Shown here piece after piece: positions 21,132-30,189 of a DNA stretch of 64,000 nucleotides. The stretch's first letter is position 1. Each line of letters opens with the position of its first letter. The DNA lies in the NCBI GenBank assembly GCA_032654565.1, contig JAULAX010000015.1:448001-512000 (forward strand), written 5' to 3'. The position numbers and the translations under genes are program-made. A model generated the notes under the pieces. That model did not search any database. It saw only the letters and a program-made list of their open reading frames with translations, and was not told where the DNA came from. Source of the DNA: Anaeromyxobacteraceae bacterium (GTDB taxonomy: Bacteria; Myxococcota; Myxococcia; Myxococcales; Anaeromyxobacteraceae).

Positions 21132-21958
21132 TCCGCTCCAGCTTCCGGCTCACCCCCGGGGTGGGGGCCTGGCTCGAGTCGAGGCTCTGGGACGCCGGGG
21201 TGCGGACCTGGGACGACCTGCCCGAGGGGGCGCTGCCGGCGGTGGGGCCGAAGGTGGCGGCCCGGCTGCGCGACGCCGTGGCCCGGGCCGGGGAGGCGCT
21301 GGCGGCGCGCGACGCCGAGGCGCTGGCGCGGCTGCTGCCGCGGGCCGAGCGCTGGCGGCTCTACGCCGCCTTCGCCGAGGAGACCGCCTTCCTCGACATC
21401 GAGACCGACGGCACCGACCGGATCACCGCCATCGGCCTGCTCGACCGCGCCGGGCCGCGGGTGCTGCTGGCGGGGCGCGACCTGGGCGACTTCGAGGCCA
21501 TCGCGGCGGGCTGGAAGCTGCTCGGCACCTTCAACGGGCAGGCCTTCGACGTGCCGGTGCTGCGCCGGACCTTCCCGCGCTGGACGCCGCCGCTGGCCCA
21601 CGTCGACCTCTGCCACCTGTGGCGGCGGCTCGGCCACGCCGGCGGCCTCAAGGCGCTGGAGGTGGCCGAGGGGCTGCACCGGCCGCCGCACCTGGCCGGC
21701 CTCTCCGGGCTCGACGCCATCCGGCTCTGGCAGGCCTGGCTCGACGGCGACCGCGCCGCGCTCCGGCTGCTCTGCGAGTACAACCTCTACGACGCCGTCC
21801 ACCTGCGGACGCTGATGGACCGCGGCTACAACCGGATGCTGGCGCGGCTGCGCTTGCCGGGGGCGCCGGTGGCGGTGGCCGAGCCGGCCGACTTCCGCGA
21901 CGCCGTGGCCGGGGCGCTGCGGGCCCTCCAGGCCGGCGGCGAGGCGGCGGGGCGTTGA
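21128..21958 (+). CDS. YprB-like RNase H-fold (DEDD) exonuclease
   Basis: FLDIET, TFNGQAFD, HVDL, GGLKALE, EYNLYD; GTGA overlap with helicase stop. Confidence 0.85.
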   Translation: MIRSSFRLTPGVGAWLESRLWDAGVRTWDDLPEGALPAVGPKVAARLRDAVARAGEALAARDAEALARLLPRAERWRLYAAFAEETAFLDIETDGTDRITAIGLLDRAGPRVLLAGRDLGDFEAIAAGWKLLGTFNGQAFDVPVLRRTFPRWTPPLAHVDLCHLWRRLGHAGGLKALEVAEGLHRPPHLAGLSGLDAIRLWQAWLDGDRAALRLLCEYNLYDAVHLRTLMDRGYNRMLARLRLPGAPVAVAEPADFRDAVAGALRALQAGGEAAGR

Positions 21959-21960
21959 GC

Positions 21961-22002
21961 GGTGGGTGGCAGGTGGTGGGTGGTGGGTGGTGGGTGGCAC
22001 GA
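21961..22002 (+). repeat. Heptamer tandem repeat (GGTGGGT-like x6)
   Basis: ggtgggt ggcaggt ggtgggt ggtgggt ggtgggt ggcacga. Confidence 0.8.
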
Positions 22003-22118
22003 GCGGGTGACAGCAGACCCATGGGTCACCGGTGGTGGCCGCCAGGTGCGCGGATCGACTCGAATCCCGCGGCCTTCGACTTGCACGGGGTGGGGCAGAG
22101 CCCTGGTGGCTCCACGCC

Positions 22119-23597
22119 ATGACCCTTGTCGAATACGTCTGCGTCTTCGTCCGCGCCACCGGCGCCAGGCTGCTGGCCGCCGAGCGGCTGGTCTGCTCCC
22201 TGCCGAACCTGCTGGGGCCGGCGCTGGTCGAGTGCGACCTGGTCTACCAGACCTCCTCACGCTCCCTGGTGGTGCTGCTGCGCTTCACCCCGGAGGCCTT
22301 CGACGACGGGCTGCGGACCCGCCTCACCTTCTGGGCGGCGCGAGCCGGCGGCCGGGCCAGCTCGGTGAGCGGCATGCCCGAGGCCGAGCGCGGCGCCCTC
22401 CAGCACCACCTCGAGGGGTGCGCCCTGCAGCTGCGGGGCGTGGCACCCGAGACCACCTTCGACGCCGTCGGGCCGTTCTTCACCGAGGCCGGGGCGCCCG
22501 AGCTGCGCCGCCGCTCCCAGGCCGACCGGCCCATGCTGGTGGTGGACGTGGGGGGCCCGGGCTGGGAGGGCGTGGGGTACGACCCGGCCAGCCGGGAGCT
22601 CTTCCTGCCCTCGCCCATGTCGCCCCCGGTCGGCGACGAGCTGATGATGGTGGTCCGCGCCGGCGGCGTCGACAAGCCGGTCGGGGTGCGGGCCCGGGTG
22701 CTCAGCCTGCGCACCGCGGCCGACGCCGAGCCCGGCAAGCCGGCCGGCTTCACGCTCGGCATCCCCGAGGCGGCCCCCTCGATCCGCGCCCTGCTCGAGC
22801 AGACGGCGCCGATCGCCCCGTACGGCGCCCGGGTGGCGCCGCGCTACGCGGTGCGGGCCCCGGTCAAGATCCGGCCGGTGGAGGTGGCCCACACGCCGGT
22901 GCCGGCCTCGATGCCGGCGGTGGTCCCGGCCCGCGGCGCCACCATCGAGTACGCCACCGACCAGGAGCTGGAGGCTGACTTCATCGAGAACCTCTCGCAG
23001 GGCGGCGCCTTCGTCCGCTCCGCCAACCCGGCGCCCATGGGCACGCCGCTGTCGCTCCACTTCCGGCTCCCCAACGGCACCGAGCTGAACGCGCCGGCGG
23101 TGGTGGCCTTCGTCAACCGCAACGGCATGGGGGTCCGCTTCACGCTCGACGCCCAGGGCGAGGCCACGCTGCAGGCCGCCATCGCCCACCTCTCGGCCCG
23201 GCCGCGGCGGGCGGTGGTGGTGGACGACGATGGCCCCATGCGCCGGATGCTGGCCGACGCCCTCACCGAGCGCGGCTTCGAGGTGGTGACCGCCGCCGAC
23301 GCCGCCGACGGCATGCACATCATCTCCGAGGAGCTGCTCGGCCTCGACCTGCTGCTCACCGACATCTTCATGCCCGGGATGGACGGCGAGGAGTTCGTGC
23401 GCACCATCCGCAACGCCGGCGGCGAGACCGAGCTGGCCATCGTGGTGGTCACCGGGAAGATGGACTTCGAGCTGGAGCAGCAGCTGGAGGCCGCCGGGGC
23501 CGACGCCGTGCTCGACAAGGCGCTGGGGCCGGAGCTGGTGGCCCAGGCCGCCGACGCGGCGCTGGAGCGGAAGCGGGCCGGGCGCTCCGCGGCGTGA
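22119..23597 (+). CDS. PilZ (TIGR02266-like) domains + C-terminal receiver domain
   Basis: RVAPR (RxxxR), ENLSQGGAFV (D/NxSxxG), REC VVVDDD...LLTDIFMPGMDG. Confidence 0.8.
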   Translation: MTLVEYVCVFVRATGARLLAAERLVCSLPNLLGPALVECDLVYQTSSRSLVVLLRFTPEAFDDGLRTRLTFWAARAGGRASSVSGMPEAERGALQHHLEGCALQLRGVAPETTFDAVGPFFTEAGAPELRRRSQADRPMLVVDVGGPGWEGVGYDPASRELFLPSPMSPPVGDELMMVVRAGGVDKPVGVRARVLSLRTAADAEPGKPAGFTLGIPEAAPSIRALLEQTAPIAPYGARVAPRYAVRAPVKIRPVEVAHTPVPASMPAVVPARGATIEYATDQELEADFIENLSQGGAFVRSANPAPMGTPLSLHFRLPNGTELNAPAVVAFVNRNGMGVRFTLDAQGEATLQAAIAHLSARPRRAVVVDDDGPMRRMLADALTERGFEVVTAADAADGMHIISEELLGLDLLLTDIFMPGMDGEEFVRTIRNAGGETELAIVVVTGKMDFELEQQLEAAGADAVLDKALGPELVAQAADAALERKRAGRSAA

Positions 23598-23610
23598 GCG
23601 ACCTGCCGGG

Positions 23611-25806
23611 CTAGGGCCCGAGCGTGCAGGTCTGACCCAGCCGTGAGCAGCTCACCCCGGTGATCCGCGAGGTGGTCTGGACCCGGTTGACGCCGTCGTC
23701 GACGGTGACCTGCACCGTGAGCGGGAGGACCGGGTTGGCGAGCCAGGCGCTGGCGTCATCCGCGAAGACGGTCCGCTGCGAGCCGCCGTACGCGGCCGGG
23801 AGGTAGCTGACCTGCACCGGGTCGCCGTCGGCGTCGCTGGCGGAGACCGGCAGCGGGACCATGCTGGAGTTGGTCCTCCACTGGCTCGTCCCGCAGGTGC
23901 CGGTGTCGGGGTCCCACCGGGTGCAGATGCAGGCGCAGGAGTCGGCCGGCCCCTCGAGCGCCGTGGCCGCGGGGGCGCCGTTCTGGATGTGGACCACGGT
24001 GGCCTGCGCCGCGCTCTCCCAGCCGTCGAAGGCCTGGAGCACCAGCGCGTGGTCGCCGGCGAAGCTGGCCAGCGGCGGCAGCCCGGGCCCCGGGAGGTAG
24101 GCCCGGGCGCAGGCGACGCTCCCCTCGCCGCCGACCAGCGCGAAGTGCGAGCAGGAGGCGTCACCCAGGCTCCCCGCGGTGGTGAGCGGGTCGCCGTCGG
24201 GGTCCTCGAAGGCCGACAGCGGCGCGCTGGCGACGTAGGCCTGGAGCGTCGGGTCGTAGCGGTGCGGGACCGTCACCGAGGCGCTGGCGCGTCTCAGGAC
24301 CGGCGGCCGGTTGGAGATGGTCACCGGCACGGCCAGGGTCCCGGAGGCGCCGAACGGGTCGGCCGAGGTGGCCACCAGGGAGAAGGGCGAGGTGCCGTCG
24401 GGCTGCCGGAACTGGCCGGGCGCCGAGACCGCGGTGGCGAAGCGGAAGGCGGTCACGCCGGCGGCGGCGGTGGCCTCCCCCATGCACGCGGTGAGGCCCA
24501 GCGCCCAGGTGGCGGCGACCCCGGGGCTGGTCACCGGATCGCCGTCGGGGTCGACCGCCGCGAAGGTGGCGCTCCCGGCGGCGATGAAGCAGGCGCCGGA
24601 GCCGTCGGGACATGGGCCCACCGAGTGGCCGACCCCCACCTGGCCACCGGCCGGGTTGGAGGCGAGCCGGAGCTCCGGTGGCCGGTTGCCGATCACGACC
24701 TGGAAGCCGGCCTCGGTGGCCGCGCCGTTGCCGTCGGCGGCGCTGACACGGATGGTCCGGGTGGCCAGCCCGATCAGGCGGGTGGGATCGACGCAGCGGG
24801 TGTCGAAGGTGACGCTCCCCCCCGAGACCGGGCCGAGGTGGCTGGCGCAGCCGTCGGTGCCGGCCTCCTCGAGCGCGACGGTGAGCGAGATGGGATCGCC
24901 GTCGGGGTCGGTGGCGGGCAGCGCCAGCGTGCCGCTGGCCAGGTAGGCGCCGTCCCGATACAGGTGGTCGATGGCGAAGGGCTGGCCGGTGAGCAGCGGG
25001 GGGCGGTTGCCGATCTCGACCAGCTGCTCGGCCTGGCCCACCAGCCCGGCCGGGTTGGTGGCCCGCAGCCGGAAGCGCCAGCCCCCGGCGATGGGGCCGC
25101 CCGGGGTCTCCAGCCAGGCCTCGGTCGAGAGGCTGGCCTCGCCGTTGGCGTAGGTCACCGTCGCCCTGGGGTCGGCGCCGTCCGGCGGCACCAGGCGCCA
25201 GCGGGCGGAGGTGGCGGCCCCGGCCGGATCCGAGACGGCCGCCGAGAGCGGCAGCGAGACCGCGCTGCCCCCCAGCGCCGGCCGGCAGGCGAACGGGGCG
25301 CCGCCGCAGGCGTGATCCACCACCAGCTTCGGACCGGGGGTGACCACCGGCGCCCCGCTGGCCGCCGTCACCTCGATGACCTGCCGGGCCGGCGGGCTCT
25401 GCCCCCCGCGGCCGTCCTCGGCCACCACCGACACCTCGTAGCTACCGGCGCACCAGAAGACCACCTCCAGCTTCGGCCCGGTGCTCGGCTCCGGCTCGGC
25501 GGCGCAGGCGGCGCCGATCGCGATCACCGTCCAGCCGAGCCGGGTGACGGTGTCGCCGGCGTCCGGGTCGGTGGCGACGGCGTCGAGGAAGAGGACCCGG
25601 TGGGTGGTGGGGGCGGCGGGGAGGGCCAGGGTGACGGCCGGCGGGCGGTTGGCGACGCAGGCCGACTGGATGCAGAGCGCGCCGGGGCCGCACTCGGCGT
25701 CGGTGGTGCAGGAGCGCACCGGCTCGCCGGCGCCACCGCAGCCGGCGAGGAGGAGGGCGAGCGGGAGGGGCCAGGGCGCGCCGGCGGCGCGACGGGGAGT
25801 GGACAT
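23611..25806 (-). CDS. Large lipoprotein with Cys-rich N-terminus and tandem Ig/PKD-like repeats
   Basis: Lipobox LLAGC; CTTDAECGPGALC; repeated NRPP...DPDGD modules; Cys-rich C-terminus. Confidence 0.75.
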   Translation of the reverse strand: MSTPRRAAGAPWPLPLALLLAGCGGAGEPVRSCTTDAECGPGALCIQSACVANRPPAVTLALPAAPTTHRVLFLDAVATDPDAGDTVTRLGWTVIAIGAACAAEPEPSTGPKLEVVFWCAGSYEVSVVAEDGRGGQSPPARQVIEVTAASGAPVVTPGPKLVVDHACGGAPFACRPALGGSAVSLPLSAAVSDPAGAATSARWRLVPPDGADPRATVTYANGEASLSTEAWLETPGGPIAGGWRFRLRATNPAGLVGQAEQLVEIGNRPPLLTGQPFAIDHLYRDGAYLASGTLALPATDPDGDPISLTVALEEAGTDGCASHLGPVSGGSVTFDTRCVDPTRLIGLATRTIRVSAADGNGAATEAGFQVVIGNRPPELRLASNPAGGQVGVGHSVGPCPDGSGACFIAAGSATFAAVDPDGDPVTSPGVAATWALGLTACMGEATAAAGVTAFRFATAVSAPGQFRQPDGTSPFSLVATSADPFGASGTLAVPVTISNRPPVLRRASASVTVPHRYDPTLQAYVASAPLSAFEDPDGDPLTTAGSLGDASCSHFALVGGEGSVACARAYLPGPGLPPLASFAGDHALVLQAFDGWESAAQATVVHIQNGAPAATALEGPADSCACICTRWDPDTGTCGTSQWRTNSSMVPLPVSASDADGDPVQVSYLPAAYGGSQRTVFADDASAWLANPVLPLTVQVTVDDGVNRVQTTSRITGVSCSRLGQTCTLGP

Positions 25807-25870
25807 GGGCGCTGCTCCTAGGTGTGCAACCGTACAATGAGTGGAGGAGGCTGATCTGCCGGAAAGTGAC

Positions 25871-25886
25871 TGCCACCGGCATGCCA
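25871..25886 (-). promoter_or_regulatory. Putative sigma54 promoter of the Ig-repeat lipoprotein
   Basis: Minus strand TGGCAT-GCCGG-TGGCA with correct GG/GC spacing, 65 bp upstream of ATG 25806. Confidence 0.6.
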
Positions 25887-26112
25887 GCCGCCGGAGTCGG
25901 GAAAACCCGCATGGATCCGGAGCGGTGGCCGGCGGGGCCCTGGCGTGACCGGCCGTCTCACGGACCTGTGGTCCGCCGATTGGACGCCTCCTCCGGGGGA
26001 TTGGTGCCGGGATCACGGCCCTGCAGTGAGCGCATGCTCCTTGCAACGTCCGGTGGAGTGTGATGAAGACGGAGAGTCCCAGTACCGCACGTCGCCGAGG
26101 TCGAGGCCCCTC

Positions 26113-26754
26113 ATGCCCCTGACCACAGCCCTGCTGTTCTCGCTGGCCCTCGGCGCCGGCGGCGACCGGCTCCTGCTGTGCCGGCCGGCGCTGGCCGGCG
26201 ACCCGGCGCTGGCCCGCCCCGAGGCGCTGCTGGAGGCGGGCCGGTCGCTGGGGCGGGACCTGCTCGACTACGGCGTGGCCTGCGACTCGCCCTCGGAGGC
26301 GGCGCGGGCCGCCGGCCGGGCCGGGCTGACCCGGGCCATCTCCTCGGTGGCGGCCGGAGCCCCCGACGGCAGCCGCTACACGCTGATCCTCACCACCGCC
26401 AGCGAGGAGGAGCTGGGGCGCCGCTCGCTGCAGGTGGCCACCGGCGTCGACCCGGTCGGCCCGCTGGCCGCGGCGCTGCGCGGGCTGCGGCGCGAGGCCG
26501 GGCTGGCGCGGCCGGGCTGGGCGCGGCCGACGGCCTGGTCGCTGGTCGGCGGCGGGGCCGCGGCGCTGGCGGCGGGGGTGGTGTTCGGACTGCAGGCCCG
26601 CGACGCGGCGCGGCGGGCCGACGCCGCCACCTCGCCGGCGGGCTGGCTGGCGGCGGAGCGGTCCTGGAAGAGCCAGCGGACCCGGAGCGGCGCGGCGCTG
26701 GCGGTGGGCGGCGTGGCGGTGGCGGGCGGGGCGGTCATCTGGTGGACGTTCTGA
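26113..26754 (+). CDS. Exported hypothetical protein with C-terminal Gly-rich hydrophobic hairpin
   Basis: MPLTTALLFSLAL signal; C-terminal AWSLVGGGAAALAAGVVFG...ALAVGGVAVAGGAVIWWTF. Confidence 0.65.
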   Translation: MPLTTALLFSLALGAGGDRLLLCRPALAGDPALARPEALLEAGRSLGRDLLDYGVACDSPSEAARAAGRAGLTRAISSVAAGAPDGSRYTLILTTASEEELGRRSLQVATGVDPVGPLAAALRGLRREAGLARPGWARPTAWSLVGGGAAALAAGVVFGLQARDAARRADAATSPAGWLAAERSWKSQRTRSGAALAVGGVAVAGGAVIWWTF

Positions 26755-26768
26755 ACGGGAGGCGGGCG

Positions 26769-28337
26769 ATGCGGAGCCTGGGCGCGGTGACGGTGATGGT
26801 GATGGTGACGGGCCTGGAGCTGGCGGGCTGCGGCTCGCCGGCCCCGCGCGACCGGTGCACCAGCGACGCCCAGTGCGCCGCCGGCCAGTACTGCGCCGCC
26901 GGCGGGGTCTGCTGGGCCGACGCGGTGGCCCCGGTGATCGTCTCGGCCCAGGTCACCTGCCCCTCCCCCTGCCTGCGCGACTCGACGGTGGCGGTCCAGG
27001 TCACCGCCACCGACGACGCCCGGCTGGCGGCGGTGACGGTCCGGCTCGACCTGGCGCCCGGGCTGGTGGTGCCGCTGACGCTCCAGGGGGGCGCCTGGCG
27101 CGGCAGCCTGGCGCTCGGCGACTGGCCCTTCCCGGCCTTCGAGCGGACGGTGGAGGCGACGGTGGAGGCGCGCGACGGGGCGGGGAACAAGGTGACGACG
27201 GCGAGGACGTTCGGGCCGGCGACGAGGTTGAGGTGGGCGGTCGAGTTCGCGCCGGGCGAGGTGGCGGTGCCGGGCGCGGTGGCGGTCGATGCACAGGGGA
27301 CGGCGGTCTTCGGCGGCTCCAACGCCAAGGTTCACTTCATCGGGCTGGATGGCACCGCGAAGCGGAGCCCGGTGGCCGTAGGGAACGGCCTGCTGACCGC
27401 GCCGGTGGTGGTGGGGCCCGACAGCCTGGGGAGCGACGGCGTCTGGGTGCCGAGCGACGACGGGAAGGTCTACCGGGTGACGGTGCCGGCGGCGGCGGCG
27501 GAGCCGGTGGTGGTGGGGGTGGTGTGCGACACGGGAGCGGCGGTGAAAGGACTGGCGCTTGGTGCGACTTATGAACCCCTCGCTTCCTCCAACCTCGGCG
27601 TCTTCTACTCCGGGCGGTGCCGCAACTCACCGACCTACACCGGGGAAGTCCTCTACCCGCCGACCGCCAGGGGAGCGAACTTCTTCGGCGCAGAGGGAAA
27701 CAGGCTTCATGCGCTCAATCTCAATACGCAGGGAATTCCCGTAGAGGACCCGTCCGCCTCCGCCTCGCTCTCCGCCCCCATCGCCGCTCCCCTCGCCATC
27801 CGCTCCGCCACCGAGCTCCTCGCCCTCACCAACCTCGGCGCCACCGGCGCCCTCGTCTCCGTCTCACCCGCCGGCGTCCCCACCACGCTGGCCACCACCG
27901 GCGTCCCAGCCGACGGCCCGGTGGTGCGCCAGAACGGCGAGGTCCTGGTCCCGGAGAAGGAGAAGGCGCTCTCCTGCTGGAGCGGCGCCGGCGTGCTCCG
28001 CTGGCGCCACGCCACCTTCACCGGCGTCCCGCTCACGCCGCTGCTGCTCGACGGCGACGACGCCGTGGTGGTGGCCGACGGGCGCGGCAGCCTGACCGCG
28101 CTCGACGCCGCCGGCCAGGTGCGCTGGACCACGCAGCTGGCCCCGGTGGCCACGCCGCTCCACCCCCTCAACCTCCACGCGCCGGCCGGGGCCACCCGCT
28201 CCACCGGCTACGTCCCGGCCGCCAACGGCCTGCTCTACGCCGTCATCCTCGACGGCCGGCTCGACGCCACCGCCCCCTGGCCCAAGGCCTTCCACGATCC
28301 CCGCAACACCGGCAACGCCGCCACCCCGCTCCCGTGA
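26769..28337 (+). CDS. Lipoprotein: Cys-rich motif, Ig-like domain, PQQ-like beta-propeller
   Basis: Lipobox LAGC; CTSDAQCAAGQYC; EARDGAGN; propeller-like RW blades (LRWAV, LRWRH, VRWTT); terminal WPKAFHDPRNTG. Confidence 0.75.
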   Translation: MRSLGAVTVMVMVTGLELAGCGSPAPRDRCTSDAQCAAGQYCAAGGVCWADAVAPVIVSAQVTCPSPCLRDSTVAVQVTATDDARLAAVTVRLDLAPGLVVPLTLQGGAWRGSLALGDWPFPAFERTVEATVEARDGAGNKVTTARTFGPATRLRWAVEFAPGEVAVPGAVAVDAQGTAVFGGSNAKVHFIGLDGTAKRSPVAVGNGLLTAPVVVGPDSLGSDGVWVPSDDGKVYRVTVPAAAAEPVVVGVVCDTGAAVKGLALGATYEPLASSNLGVFYSGRCRNSPTYTGEVLYPPTARGANFFGAEGNRLHALNLNTQGIPVEDPSASASLSAPIAAPLAIRSATELLALTNLGATGALVSVSPAGVPTTLATTGVPADGPVVRQNGEVLVPEKEKALSCWSGAGVLRWRHATFTGVPLTPLLLDGDDAVVVADGRGSLTALDAAGQVRWTTQLAPVATPLHPLNLHAPAGATRSTGYVPAANGLLYAVILDGRLDATAPWPKAFHDPRNTGNAATPLP

Positions 28338-30127
28338 TCGCCCTCGCCGCCCTCGCCGCCCTGGCCCTGCTGGCGCCGCCGCGCGCCGGCGAGCGGACCG
28401 CCGTGCTGGCCGTGCACGAGCCGGCGGCGCTCGACCTCGATCTCATCGAGCTGACCCACCAGCTCCGCGCCGCCTGCGCCGAGCGGGTCCCCGGGGTGCT
28501 GCAGGCGCCGGAGATGCGGGCCCGGCTCTCCGGGCGGACCGGCAACGCCACCGCCGCCGAGCTGGACCGGGCCTTCAACGGGGCGCTGGCCGTCTACCAG
28601 AACGGGGAGTACGAGAGCGCCGAGCGCACCCTCAAGGCCATCGTCGCCGACCTGGAGGAGCTCCCGGAGAGCGAGGGGGTCTGGCAGCAGTGGACCCGGG
28701 CCATGATGCGCCTCTCCCACGTGCAGTTCACGCTGGGGCAGCGCGACGCCTCCGACGCCACCCAGCTGGCGGTGCTCAAGGTCGACTCCTCGCACCAGCT
28801 CGACCCCATGCTCTACGCCCCCGGCTACCGGGCCCACTTCGACGACCTGCGGGCCCGGGTCCGGGCCATGCCCAAGCGGCGGCTCACCGTGACCACCCGC
28901 GGCCGGGCCGGGACCATCTACGTGGGCGGGCGCGACGTCGGGCTCTCGCCGGTGACGGTGATCCTGCCGGCCGGCGGCTACCGGGTGGCGGGCGCCGCCG
29001 GCGAGCTGCGCCCCCCGTCGGTCACCGTCGACCTGGCGGTCGAGGACCGGAGCGTCACCCTCGACTTCTCGCTGGCCGAGTCGGTCCGCATCGGCAACGG
29101 GCCGGCCCTGGCGCTGCCGGCCGGCGACCGCGGCGGCCCGCTGGTGAAGGCCGGGGCCTGGCTGGGCGTGGACCGGCTGGTGGTCACCTCGCGGATGGTG
29201 GAGGGGGACGCCCCGTTCCTGGTGGGGTCGGTCTACGACGTCCGGCGCGGGGCGCTCCTGCGCGAGGGGAGCGTCCGGGTGGTGGCCGGCGCGGTGCCGG
29301 GCGGGAGCCTGGGAGCCCTGGCCGCCTTCCTGCTCACCGGCACCCCGTCACGGGAAGTGAACGACCGGGTGCGGCTGGCGGGGCGGCCGCCGCCGCCGCC
29401 GCCGACCCCGCCCCGGCCGGCGGCCCCACCGCCGCTGCCGTCGAGCTCGCCGCCGCCACCGTCGCCGCCGCCACCGCCGAGCTCGACGACGCAGGCCCAA
29501 TCGTCGGTGCAGAGCGCGCCACCGACCACGCCGCTGCCACCGCCGCCGCGCGCCGCCGCGTCCCGCCCCGCCGCGCCACCGTCCCGGCCGGTCCTCGCCG
29601 CGTCTCCGTCTCCGCTCTCCCTCGCGCCGCCTCCCCGGCCGGTGGCCGCCCCGGTGCCGTCTGCGCGCGCCGGCACGGCGCCCCCCGCCTCGCCGGCGCT
29701 CGCCTCCGACGTCGCGGCGGCGCCCGCCCCCGAGCCGGTCCGCCGGGCCGACACCCCGACCGCGCCGGACCTCACGGCGCGTCCACCCACAGACGATCCG
29801 CTCGCCGCCGCCGTGGCCGCCCCACGGTCCGACGCCCCCTCGCGGCCGCGCCCGGCCTGGGTCAAGCCGGTCACCATCGGCGCCGGGGTGCTGGCGCTCG
29901 GCCTGGCCGGCGCCGCGGTCCAGCAGGGGCTCTCGGCCCGGAGCGCCTACGCCGACGCCGACGCCATGGTGCTCCCCGGCGGCATCCTCGCCCCCGGGGT
30001 GAGCCCGGCGACGCGGGCCGCCGCCATCGACCGCGGCGACGCCGCCAGCCGCAACGCCTGGCTCACCGGCAGCGGCGCCCTGCTCAGCGCCGCCGGCGCC
30101 GGCCTGCTCTGGTGGCTCTCGCCATGA
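28334..30127 (+). CDS. Exported TPR/PEGA-like protein with Pro-rich linker and C-terminal hydrophobic hairpin
   Basis: Signal peptide, TPR-like helices, PEGA-like TIYVGGRDVGLSPVTVILPAGGYRV, Pro/Ala linker, C-terminal GALLSAAGAGLLWW. Confidence 0.7.
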   Translation: MIALAALAALALLAPPRAGERTAVLAVHEPAALDLDLIELTHQLRAACAERVPGVLQAPEMRARLSGRTGNATAAELDRAFNGALAVYQNGEYESAERTLKAIVADLEELPESEGVWQQWTRAMMRLSHVQFTLGQRDASDATQLAVLKVDSSHQLDPMLYAPGYRAHFDDLRARVRAMPKRRLTVTTRGRAGTIYVGGRDVGLSPVTVILPAGGYRVAGAAGELRPPSVTVDLAVEDRSVTLDFSLAESVRIGNGPALALPAGDRGGPLVKAGAWLGVDRLVVTSRMVEGDAPFLVGSVYDVRRGALLREGSVRVVAGAVPGGSLGALAAFLLTGTPSREVNDRVRLAGRPPPPPPTPPRPAAPPPLPSSSPPPPSPPPPPSSTTQAQSSVQSAPPTTPLPPPPRAAASRPAAPPSRPVLAASPSPLSLAPPPRPVAAPVPSARAGTAPPASPALASDVAAAPAPEPVRRADTPTAPDLTARPPTDDPLAAAVAAPRSDAPSRPRPAWVKPVTIGAGVLALGLAGAAVQQGLSARSAYADADAMVLPGGILAPGVSPATRAAAIDRGDAASRNAWLTGSGALLSAAGAGLLWWLSP

Positions 30128-30189
30128 GCCGCGCCACGCGCTAGAACCGGCGCTCCGGCCCATCCCTCGCGGGGCCGCTGGGAGCCGCC

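Noticed and set aside
27540..27750. DGR variable region
   Set aside because: No reverse transcriptase or template repeat in the window, and the patch is mid-gene without evident adenine-specific pattern
29380..29860. CCG-rich low-complexity DNA as a repeat element
   Set aside because: Explained by the Pro/Ala linker of the PEGA-like protein
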